Shown: positions 52,249 through 64,000 of the stretch, piece by piece | How the letters are laid out: each line of letters starts with the position of its first letter | Position numbering within the stretch: the first letter of the stretch is position 1 | Source: Malacoraja senta | Taxonomy: Eukaryota | Reading direction: 5' to 3' | DNA length: 64,000 nucleotides | NCBI GenBank assembly: GCA_038087875.1 | Contig: CM075988.1 | Span: forward strand, 5,518,001 to 5,582,000 | Notes under the pieces: generated by a model | Told to the model about the DNA's origin: nothing | The model's input: the letters and a program-made list of their open reading frames with translations, nothing else | Database searches by the model: none | Program-made: the position numbers and the translations under genes

Positions 52249-54859
52249 AAGGGTCTAGACCCAAAATGTCGCCTATTTCCTTTGCTCCATAGATGCTGCC
52301 TCACCCGCTAAGTTTCTCCAACATTTTTGTCTACTTCTGGAGTACTCAGTTCAATTCCCACTGCTGCGGCTTTGGAAGTCAAAATTCTGTCTAAACTGGA
52401 ATTTAGAAAGAAAAATCGATTGATCTCAGTAACATTGACCACAGCAGCCCACCAAACTATCGTAAAGTCACATCTGATTCATGACTGGTCTTCAATGGAG
52501 GAAATCTACTGTGCTTCCCCAGCCTGGCCTATGTGTGGCTCCTCATGTCCTTGCCTAAACTGTCCTAACAAGTCAATCAGTTGTAATTTCGATACAGTTT
52601 AGTTTAGAGCTACTGGAGAGCACGCAACAAAAGCTTTTCACTGTACTTCGGGACAATAAACTAAACTGAACTGCATGAAATAACACTGAACTGAACGGGG
52701 TCCTACACTGTGAGCATAGAGTCATATAGTATGGAAACAGGCCGCTCAGCCCAACTTGCCCACGTTGACTATCATATGAGCATATCTCATTATGAATGGT
52801 GGTGGACACTTGTATCCCTAACAGGAGGAGGAGGCTTCTAGAACATCTCCCATGTTCAATGATGTTGGAGCTAAGCAGGTGAATGTGAAAGAAAAATCTG
52901 AAGCCAACCATGTTCCCCCAAATGTGCCAAACAGATAATCCATTTTGTGTTTGCCCTGAGATCCCCACCTCACAGAGATCAATCATCAGCTGATCCAACC
53001 CTCTCTATGAGACCCCAAGAGATGTTTGCAAGCACTGACTGCAGGATGGAAACTGTTGCCCATGGTGCGCTTACTACTGAGACCCTTTATGGCAGCACAG
53101 TGGCGCAGCGGTAGAGTTGGTGCCTTACAGCGCTTGTAGTGCCAGAGAACCGAGTTCGATCCCGACTACGGGTGCTGCCTGTACGGAGTTTGTACGTTCT
53201 GCCCATGACTGTGTGGGTTTTCTCCGGGATCTTCGGTTTCCCCCCACACACCAAAGTCGTACAGGTTTGTCAGTTAGTTGGCTTGGTATAAGTGTAAATT
53301 GTCCCTAGTGTGTGTAGGATAGTATTAATGTGCGGGGATTCACCAATGCAATAGTTTACATGGTATCCATAATGTATGTACAGTATGTAATTTTGTGAGG
53401 ATGCATGCAGTTTACAACATGTTTTTACTTACTAGCTTTTAGTTGATGGCTGTTGTATGAAATACAACTCTACCATGTTGGACAACCTGAATTAGCCTAC
53501 TTGCGGCAAACAGCATCTTGAAATAACATTTCAGTGCAAGGTGCTACAATCAATCCTCCACGTGTGCTGGATATCCCTCTCGCGTTTCACCATTGATTTT
53601 ATATATAGTATGAGCTAAGCAATTGAAATTCTGGAGCATTATATAAAATGTGAGGTTGATTTAATGCAAGCAATGAATGATAGCACCTGCGGATCTGTTT
53701 ACGGAAATAGCGACCGACGCTATCTAACCAGTAATTAATCTATTTATAAAGAATTTAAATCCTCTGCTTGTTCCTTTTAGTGCAAATAATTCACACGGAT
53801 CAGACGTTTTTTGTGGCAAGGGAACACCTTGAGTACATTATTTAAGTATTATCTTACTTGGCGTCCCATTGACCAAAGGACATAGGTTTAAGGTGAGGGG
53901 GGAAAGATTTAATAGCAATCTGAGGGGTCTTTTTTTTTTTTACACAAAGCGTGGTGGATGTATGGAACGAGCTGCTGGAGGAGGTTGTTGAGGCTGGGAC
54001 TATCGCAGCATTTAAGAAACATTTAGACAGGTACACTGATTGAATAGTGTCATGGTAACGGACGTTGTATTTAAATGTATCACGTCCTACCAAAAGTCAG
54101 AACGGTCAGAGGACACATGTGACCGGGATGTAAAGGAATAGAGACAAATAAAACAAAACGCTGTGTGTTCAGTGTCCTTGGAGTGTGTTTATTTTTCTTC
54201 AGATCAAGACGAGGATCTGACAAATAGGTTTAGAGGGATATGGGGTAAATGCAAGCAGGTGGGACGAGTGTACAGCAGTTTAGCTTAGTTTAGAGATACA
54301 GCATGGAAACAGGCCCTTCAGCCCACCGAGTCCGCACCCACCAGCGATCCCCACACATTAACGCTACACATACTAGGGACAATTTACAACTGTAACCACA
54401 CCAATTAACCATGAAAACCTGTACATCTTGGGGGTGTGGGAGGAAACCGGAGATCCCGGGGAAAACCCACGGGAAGAATGTACAAACTCCATACAGATAG
54501 CACCCGCAGTCAGGATCGAAACCAGGTCTCTGACGCTGTAGGCAGTAACTCTACCGCTGCGCCACCATGCCGCCCCAATATTTAGTGGAGATGGGACATG
54601 TCGGTCAGCGTGGACAAGTTGGGCCGAAGGGCCTGTTTCCACGCTGTATGACTCTCGCTCTCTCTCCCTCTCTGTGACATTCACCATTTCATTTATCATT
54701 AGCAAGTTACTTATCCAAGGTAACCTCAGCTTAGGTTATGGGACGAGTGCCTAAAAATGTAGAGAAGAGAAGAAAAACCAACAGAAGGAAAAAGACCTTT
54801 GCTGGATCCCCATTCATCCTCACTGGTGGGGATAATCCTCACATTGAACTTTTGGCAAC

Positions 54860-56343
54860 AGGTTTATTTTTCTCAGAAGTTACATCAGTGACACTTGTAC
54901 ATGACAAGGCTTTGTAAGGCACTTCCTGATGCCATTGTTTATTGAACATGTTTGCATAGTGTTAGAAACCTTCATACATGCTGTTGCATCAACAATACAC
55001 AGTTCTCTTCACATAAAGATACATGTGTGTCGTAACAACCATCTGTCTAAGCCTTGGCAATAGTTCATGGCAGTTGGTTTTAAATCAGAAGTGGCCCTTG
55101 TATACGTGTTTTGGTTTAATACAATATGCTGCAAGGGATTATTTGCAAAGGTACATAATTATTATTAAAAACTAATTGCATATAATAGTAGGTGGTGCCC
55201 CATTTTAATGGGAAAATAGTGTCAGTGATTATTTAAAATGCTACATAAAGAGTTCAAAAGCACTAAGGATTAAGGAATACATTGCTTCCAGCTATTTACA
55301 AGTTATAGAAAATAGCTATATCAGTGCTTCTGTCATCAGCAACACTTTGTAAGAATAAAGTCTTCTCAACAATTTCTCTCCTATGTGTCCCTTTACTCAG
55401 TAAAAAGGCAGAGCCCATATGTACAGATAACATCTACAGGCTACACAATGACTATATTTCGTCAAAATGAACTTGATAGCAAAACTGCATCCGTGACCCG
55501 AGGTCAACTCGTGTAATACTGTAAAATAAAGGAATCATCATCATCTGCATAACTTATACAGTAACTTGCTTTATACGAGGATGCATGGTTGATCCAACAC
55601 TGAACTCTTACAAACGCACAGCGTTCGTGTATCCTGCGTAATCTAATTAGCTCTTGGATTCCCAAGGACAAGACACAGCTCATTGTAGCAATCGTCCTCA
55701 CGTCTCAGCATTGTCCTGCGTGTCTGAGGCGCCCACACATGCAACACTTACAGTTCATTCCACTGAGGGTGTGTCTCCTTTCAAAAGAGGTCCTCACTAG
55801 AACAAATCTTCATCGGCGATATAGAGCGCTGTGGAATATCCAGGTCCGACAGCCCTGTATCTGGCAACTATGTGCATCTGAACATCCAACTAGGAATACG
55901 TTGGCAGATCCATAGTTATTGAAGACTGCAGTTACATTGTAGGTCTGGTTAATAATCCAGATTTACTAGTTGATTGAAGAAACAACATCTTTGATCGCCA
56001 AGGTCAACAGTTCTTTCAAAGCCCTTAATTGGTGCAAATGTAGAAAGCATCTTGGAGGGTGATATATTTTTGGCCAGGGTGGTTTTTATACTCACAAATG
56101 TGTAAAGGTTTAAAAATGTTATCGATGTTAACATCCAGGCAGCAAATTAACAACTGGTGATATTTTTTTGAGATGGCAAAAAGCCATTGCTGGCTGGTGA
56201 TGGAATAGACAGAAATCCAGTTTAGTAGCAGGCCTAGCATTCATTCATGTTCCACAGCCAAGGAAAAGTTCCTGAGTGCCCAGGGTTCAAACATTGGGCA
56301 TGGATCTACATAGGTTGGCAAGCAGAAAGAACAAGAGTCGTCG
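54860..56343 (-). other. FLI1: Probable FLI1 3' UTR
   Basis: About 1.5 kb free of recognisable repeats directly after the stop codon. Minus-strand AATAAA at 54943-54938 and 54868-54863. The 3' end is inferred. Confidence 0.65.
54938..54943 (-). terminator. Candidate polyadenylation signal AATAAA for FLI1 (second candidate 54863-54868)
   Basis: Plus-strand TTTATT near the distal end of the unique UTR block. Confidence 0.5.
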
Positions 56344-56901
<558 letters not shown>

Positions 56902-57124
56902 TTAAATTCATCAATGTCACGTGTATCGAACGAGGTACAGTGAAAAGCTTCGCTTTGCATGCTATCCAAACAGATCAGATGTACCATACATAGACACAGT
57001 CATGTCAAACTCAAGTACAATAAATAGAGCAAAGGGGAAGATAGAGACTGCAGGATACAGTTCTCAGCATTGTAGCGCACCAGTTCCATAGACATTAATG
57101 ACGTGACTGCAATCACACACAATA

Positions 57125-57625
57125 TTATTTGTCTGCGGCGAGGAAGAGACCGTGTTTCACGTGTATATGGAGTGTGAGAGGTTGTAGCCCCTGTACGAGT
57201 ATCTGAAGGGGCTGTTCCTCTAGTTTTAGTTGCATTTTAGTCTCACGATTTTTGTATTTGGGCACAAGGCAGGGAGTGGGGAGGGTCGATCGGGAGGGTG
57301 GGATCTCTCTGTCGGTTTGCTCCTGGGCCTGGCCAAGATAGCCATCCATGGGTCCAGGCAGCGGGTAGTCCATGGTCATACCAGAGTCGGCTGCCTGCCT
57401 CTCTTCCGGGCCTATGTCCATGCTTGGGTGTCCCTAGAGAGGGAACATGCGGTGTCCACGGGGACTCTAGAGGCCTTCCATGAACGCTGGTCGCCGGGGG
57501 GGAGGGGTCGAGTGTATTGGAGATGAAGATGGCACTGTTGTATTATAACAACTGCCTGATGTAATGTGACTATTGAAAGTCTTTGTACCTTTTGGTTCAC
57601 TGTAAAATTCAAATACTGAATAAAG
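57125..57625 (+). mobile_element. Tx1-like LINE 3' fragment in the FLI1 intron, antisense to the gene
   Basis: CGEEETVFHVYMEC zinc knuckle and LLLGLAKIAIH..SLEREHAVSTGTLEAF C-terminus. AATAAA near 57619. Confidence 0.75.
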
Positions 57626-58864
57626 TTTTCAAGAGAGGGCTAGATTTAGCTCTTAGGGCTAAAGGAATCAGGGGATATGGGGAAAAAGCAGGAACAGGGT
57701 ACTGATTTTGGATGATCAGCCATGATCATATTGAATGGCAGTGCTTGCTCAAAGGGCCAAATTGTCTACTCCTGCACCTATTTTCTATGTTTCTAAGTCC
57801 TTGTTAAGAAGGGGGGGGGGGGAAATGGATTTACACCCAATTCTTTAACAAGTAAAAAATTCTCTATTTCTATAATGCACAAAGGAATTTGAAGATAAGA
57901 TAATAGGGTTGAAAGTATGGCAATGCAAGGGAATTTGTTGTTAATGCCATTCCTGTGTGACTTTAGGTCCTGTACTTCCTGGTGGCACTCCTCAGGCATT
58001 CAGGATTATTTGAGGTATATGTTGTAGTGATGCACTTTGGAGCCATAGTGCACAGTGTATGCAGGGAATGTATATTTAGGAAAGATCAGGTGCTTGTCAA
58101 CCAGGCTGCTGGGTGATCATAAGATGAAAGAGCAAAATTAGGCCATTCAGCCCATCAAGTTGTCTCTGCCATTTGATCAAGTATTTTCTCTCCCAACCCC
58201 ATTCTCCTGCTTTCTACCTGTAACCTTTGACGTTCTTACTAACCAAGAACCTATTAATCTCCGCTTTAAAAATACCCAATGACGATCTCCACCACCATTT
58301 GTTGCAATGAATTCCATAAATTCACCATTCTCCAGCAAAAAGATATTCCTTCATTCTGAAGGTACGTCCTTTTATTCTGAGCTGTGCCCTCTGGTCCCAG
58401 ACTCTCCCACTACCAGCAAGACCCTCTCCACATGCACGCTATCCGAGTCTTTAATGATGCAGCAGTTTTCAATGAGATTCCCCCTCATCCTTCGAAACTA
58501 CAGCGAGTACAGACCCAGAGCCATCAAACAGCCCTCATTCATTAACCCAATCATTCCTGGGATCATTCTCTGGATCTTTTCGCAGATATGTGGCCTCTGA
58601 TAGATAGAGACACATAAGGAAAGTGAATAAAGGAGAGAGAAAAGGCCAGTTGGGGAGGAGGAGGGGATTCACTATAAACCAAATAAAATGTTGACTATTC
58701 CTTTGTCTCCACAGCCATTGGTCAACCTGTTGGGTTCGTCTAGGAGTTTGTTTTTTGCTACAGCTTCCACCTTCTACATTCTTTTGTTTCTCTATTAAAT
58801 CTTACTTTTATTAACAGACTCTGCAGTGTTATAATCAGCAGTTTTAACAATCTCCTCAATATCT

Positions 58865-59175
58865 TGGCGACACGGTGGCGCAGCGGTAGTGTTGCCGCCT
58901 TACAGTGCGAGGGACCTGGGTTCGATTCTGCCTGCGGGTGCTGTCTTTACAGAGTTTGTACGTTCTCCCCTTGACCTGCGTGGGTTTTCTCCGGGTGCTC
59001 CGGTTTCCTCCCACACTCCAAAGACGTACAGGTTTGCAGGTTAATTTGCTTTGGTAAAAATTGTAAATTGTCCCTAGTGCGTGTAGGATAGTGTCAGTGT
59101 GAGGCGATCGCTGTTCGGCACGGACTCAGAGGGTTGAAGAGTGCTGTATCTCAATCTAAACTAATCTAAACTAAA
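58865..59175 (+). mobile_element. V-SINE. Other plus-strand copies near 1455-1715, 10420-10615, 22835-23125, 45128-45440, 49160-49400, 53090-53340, 61720-62035, 63355-63700
   Basis: Same A/B boxes, V-domain and tail. Confidence 0.85.
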
Positions 59176-61059
59176 CTCGGATATCTAATGGTAAAGGAAA
59201 CCGAAACACCCAATAACCTTTCACAATTCGATAGAAAGAGCACTGACCGACTGTGATAAATGGTAGCAACTTTAAATGTAAAACCATATCGCACCTTACT
59301 AAAATGTTTGACCAAAAGATAACTACTCCAGAGTGGAATACTTGGCCAGAGAAAATTAAATGAAATTAAATTAAATTCCCACAAAGTGCATGATTGTATC
59401 ATACCAAAGAGTGTAGCACAATATTTTAAATAGAACTGCAACAAAACAAAAGTGCTACACTGCATCTTTGTGAAATACTGCACCACCTTTTAATAGACTG
59501 AGATTTAGATCATAAGACCATGTGATAGGTGTAGAATTAGGCCATTCAGCCAATTAAGTCTACACCGCCATTCAATCCATCTCTCCCTCCTAACCCCATT
59601 CTCCTGCCTTCTTCCCATAACCTCTGACACTGACATATGTACTAATCAAGAATCTAACTATCTCTGCCTTAAAAATATCCACTGATGGCCTCCACAGCGA
59701 TTCACCACCCTCTGACTAAAGACATTCCTCCTCATCTCCTTCCTAAAAGAACATCCTTTAATTCTACAACCTCTAGTCCCTAGACTCTCACACTAGTGGA
59801 AACATCCTCTCCACATCCACTCTATCCAAGCCTTTCACTATTCTGTTCTATTGTAATTGAAATCAGTCTGAAGAAGTGTCTCGACCCGAAACGTCACCTA
59901 TTCCTTTTCTCCAGAGATGCTGCCTGACCAGTTGAGTTGCTCCAGCATTTTGTGTCTATCTTGAGAATTAAAATGTTGTACCAGCTCTGATAAATTCTCA
60001 CTAAAGTAGTTTCAATAAGCTGACAATGTTATTTCACCATGTGTTTGATTGAACTGAGATAACATATATATAACATATATATTTAAAAAATATTCCACAC
60101 CAAAAGATGGTAGCAAATCATGATGAACAGCTCTGCAGTAAAATATTGAAATAATGCAGAAAATGCTAAAGGTATTCAGGAAGGCTGGGCAAATTTGTTT
60201 TCGACTGCATGTCAAAAAATATTAACCCTGGGAGCATCTATAAAAGCACACATTTGAGCTAACATTCTGCTGCAGCAGACTCTTGCCTCTTGTAAACCCA
60301 TAAAACCATCAACTGGATCGGGATAAAACAATCTGCATCTACAAACATGTTGGAAGAAAGCTTTGACAACTGGTCCACCACTGATTCGCTCAGCTGGCTG
60401 TCGAAAAATCTTCAACATTTCTGATGTCAGAAGCATTAAAAAATGCTCCAATTATTTTCACAATGAATTAAATTAAAAAAATCAACAATGCCTTGAAAAG
60501 CCTTAACAATGCCTTGAAACATTTAAAAACAGAATCAAAACAGATTTTCTGAAAAGTTTTGACAATAATTAAACAATTTAAAATATCTGCAATAATTAAA
60601 TTATATAAAAGTAAAAGTACAAATACTTACCCTAATCTCCACAGATATTAGACATTGCTTTAGAGATACAGCATGGAAACAGGCCCTTTGTCCCATCGAG
60701 TCCGCGCCAACCAGCGATCACCCCATATATTAACATTATCCTACACACTAGGGACAATTTACAATTTACAGAAGCCAATTAACCTACAAACCTGTACGTC
60801 TTTGGAGTGTGGCAGGAAACCGGAGCACCTGGAGAAAACCCACGCACTTCACAGGGAGAACATACAAACAAAGTACAGACAGCACCTGTAGTAAGGATCG
60901 AACCCGAGTCTCTAGCATTGCACGGCAGCAACTCTACTGCTGTGCCACTATGCTGCACTATTGTCTTCCTTTGATTGTCTTCCTCATTAGTGAGGAGGAC
61001 TCCCTGTACCAGGTTATTTCCATATCTATATATATATATATATATATAGGACGAGGAAG

Positions 61060-61094
61060 GATCTGAAGAAGGGTCTCAACCCGAAACGTCACCC
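61060..61094 (+). ncRNA. Minimal hammerhead ribozyme-like motif in a Penelope pLTR (intact core)
   Basis: CTGAAGA-A-GGGT(CTCA)ACCC-GAAA-CG-TC, with predicted cleavage after GUC at 61090. Activity is not shown. Confidence 0.65.
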
Positions 61095-61198
61095 ATTCCT
61101 TCTCCCCAGAGATGCCGCCTGTCCCGCTGAGTTACTACAGCATTTTGTGTCTACCAAAATATATATATATAGATATTATATATTGTATAATATCAATC

Positions 61199-61201
<3 letters not shown>

Positions 61202-61243
<42 letters not shown>

Positions 61244-61250
61244 ATATATA

Positions 61251-61326
<76 letters not shown>
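61202..61326. repeat. (TA)n microsatellite, with shorter runs at 61028-61048 and 61160-61171
   Basis: Read directly from the sequence. Confidence 0.97.
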
Positions 61327-61329
<3 letters not shown>

Positions 61330-63702
61330 AGGAAATTGCTATAACTTGAAACTTTGGCTGAATATCAAGAATAATCTTGGAATCACCAACAAATATTAAA
61401 CAGTAACTTAATTCCATGGAAAAACAGAACAAGGTTCCTGAACGGGTTGGCATTTATGTCATTTACACGGGGAAAGATTTCCAGTTTCATACAAGCATCC
61501 TCTTTAAGCTAAATATTTATCCCACACAGGAAATATTATTGAATTGAAATGCTTATTGATGGAATGGTGCAGCCTGTAAGCAGGCCATTCGGCCCACCAA
61601 GCACATGCCGACCCATTCACACTAGTTCCACATTGCGAGGGTTGGATGAAAAAGAGGAGAGGAGGGTGGATGGGGAGTGAGTAGAATGAGGAGAGGGGGA
61701 GAGTTTGACAAGAGACTATGGGCGGCACGGTTGCGCAGTGATAGAGGTGCTGCCTCACAGCGCTAGAGACCCGGGTTCGATCCTGACTACGGGTGCTGTC
61801 TGTACGGAGTTTGTACATTCTCCCCGTGACAGGCCCTTCTTCAAGAGCTTTGGTTTCCTCCCACACTCCAAAGACAAACAGGTTTGTAGGTCAATTGGCT
61901 TGATATTAATGTAAAATTGTTCCTAGTGTGTGTAGGGTATTGTTCATGTGCGGGGATCGCTGGTCGGTGCGGACTCGGTGGGCCAAAGGCCCCGTTTCCG
62001 CTCTGTTCTTCGCTCAAAACTATTCTAAACTAAACCAATGTCTCACACAAAAATAGAGAATTTATGGCACTGAAGGAAGGTTTTTGGCTGATTTTAGATT
62101 AGTTTTTAGTTTAGTTTAGAGATACAGCGTGGAAACAGGCCCTGCGGCCCACCGAGTCCGTGCCGACCAGCGATACCCGCACATTAACACTATCCTACAC
62201 CCACTCGGGATAATTTTTACATTTACCAAGCCAATTAACCTACAAATCTGTACGTCTTTGGAGTGTGGGAGGAAACCGAAGATCTCGGCGAAAACCCACG
62301 CAGGTCAAGGGGAGAACGTACAAACTCCGTAGTCGGGATCGAACCGGGGTCTCCGGCGCTGCATTCACTGTAAGGCAGCAACTCTACTGCTGCGCCACTC
62401 CTGATAAAGAAGGAACACCCCACCTGCCAGCTGCAGATCCACAACTCTGAAGCCCACGCCTCTTCAAATACACACACACATAAAGCACTAGAGGTACAGC
62501 AGTACATCATTCTATAGTATTGCAGCAAACCGTAATTAGTTATGGTACACTATGGCAACTCTATACATTACAGTATTGAATGGGGAAAGCCGAACTACTA
62601 TGGCAACATCCCACACATCACTAAAATATTGCAACAGTCTGAGTTTAATTGTATGCTAAAATACTGCATCAAACAGTGATAATCTACAAAGCAAAATACT
62701 GTATTATTGTGGGATATGAAGTAACACACTGATATGTGTCCGACCTAATGATGCTAACCTCACTAAAATATCAAGTTACATATAGCCTTAAAACATCAGG
62801 GTAATGATGAATTACATAAAAATTAGCTGCTGTGTAATATTATAATACACCACTATGCACACTGAACAATCAAAGTGTACTATACCACCGTGCCACAGTG
62901 CAATAAATGAAGCTTACCAAAACACTACGTCAGAGAGCATTTCATTAATACTGCACCATACTACAATAAAATGAATCGTACCAAAATATTGCAGGACGGG
63001 CAGTAAACTGTGGCCCACCGTGTCCGCGCCGACCAGCAATCACCCTGTACACTAACCCTATCCTGCACACTGGGGACAATTTTATCGAAGCCAATTAATT
63101 TACTGACCGGCATGTCTTTGGAGTGTGGGAGGAAACCAGAGCACCCGGAAAAAACCCGCGACAGGTCACAGGGAGAAGGTACAAACACCATACAGACAGG
63201 AGCCATAGTCAGGATTGAACCCGGGTCTCTGGCGCTGCAAGGGAGCGACTCTACTGATGCGCTGTTGTGCACTAAAACTTTCTAACTGCAGTGATGAACT
63301 ATTCTGCTCTGTGATGCTGTGATACACTGTAATAAAGTGAATGCAAACAACAGAATGGCTACACAGTGACGCGGCTGGTGGAACCGCTGCCTCACAGCGC
63401 CAGAGTGCCGGGTTGAATCCTGACCTCAGGTACTGTCTGTGTGGAGTTTGCACGTTCTCCTTTTGACCGCCTGGGTTTCGCCGGGCGCTCTGGTTTTTTC
63501 CCACATCCCAAAGACATGTCGGCTTCTAGAATAATTAATTTGATTCCTAGTGTGTGGGTGAGTGGTAGAATCTGGTGGGAATTGATCACAATATGGAGAG
63601 AATAAAGGTGGATTAGATTAATGTAGGGTCAGTGCAAATGGGTGGATGATGGTCAGTGTGGACTCGGAGGCCCCACGGGCCTGTTTTCGTGCTCTATCAG
63701 TC

Positions 63703-64000
63703 CGAGGCCTCCTTCATTGTCAGAGGGGGCCAAATACAAATTGGAGGAACAGCATCTCATATTTCGCTTGAGCAGCTTACAACACAGTGCTATGAATATT
63801 GATTTCAATAACCCTTGCATCCCCTCTCTCTCTATCCCTCCCCCGCCCAAGTCGTACCAGCTTGGTAAGTCTCGTTGTCTTGTTAAGTCTCATTGTAACT
63901 CGTTTTCACATAACACACAGCTAACAATGCCTTGTTTCCTTTATCATTGTTTTTTGCATATCTTTGTTCTATATCTCTCTACATCGCCGATTTAAACCAG
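63703..64000 (+). mobile_element. Penelope-like element 3' fragment
   Basis: KYKLEEQHLIFRLSSLQHSAMNIDF, the same motif as at 338-440. Confidence 0.72.

Noticed and set aside
1..54800. A KCNJ-family neighbour gene expected from tetrapod synteny
   Set aside because: No inward-rectifier-like ORF appears in the window

Overview
Vertebrate genomic DNA, most likely a cartilaginous fish (skate or ray). This is inferred from the HE1-like V-SINE, CR1, Rex1 and Penelope repeat landscape. The only host gene I can support is the 3' end of FLI1 on the minus strand: the terminal ETS-domain exon (56344-56873), its 3' UTR (to about 54860) and the preceding intron to the window end. The remaining ~54 kb is intergenic and dominated by transposons. 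It holds a full-length but disabled L1-clade LINE with a 16-bp TSD nested in a CR1 LINE, a complete but decayed Gypsy LTR element with a tRNA-Trp PBS and 4-bp TSD, a 750-bp solo LTR inside a Tx1-like LINE, two PIF/Harbinger-type MITEs, about 28 V-SINEs, many CR1 and Rex1 3' fragments, microsatellites and a 200-N gap. The most interesting signal is a high-copy Penelope-derived repeat carrying a minimal hammerhead-ribozyme core (CTGAAGA-stem II-GAAA-NN-TH). It often occurs as short fold-back units bracketed by 11-14 bp target-site duplications, suggesting a non-autonomous, retrozyme-like family. There is also a ~580-bp, ~99% identical duplication 30 kb apart. Most entries in the ORF track are spurious or transposon-derived. 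Repeat boundaries without a stated TSD are approximate.
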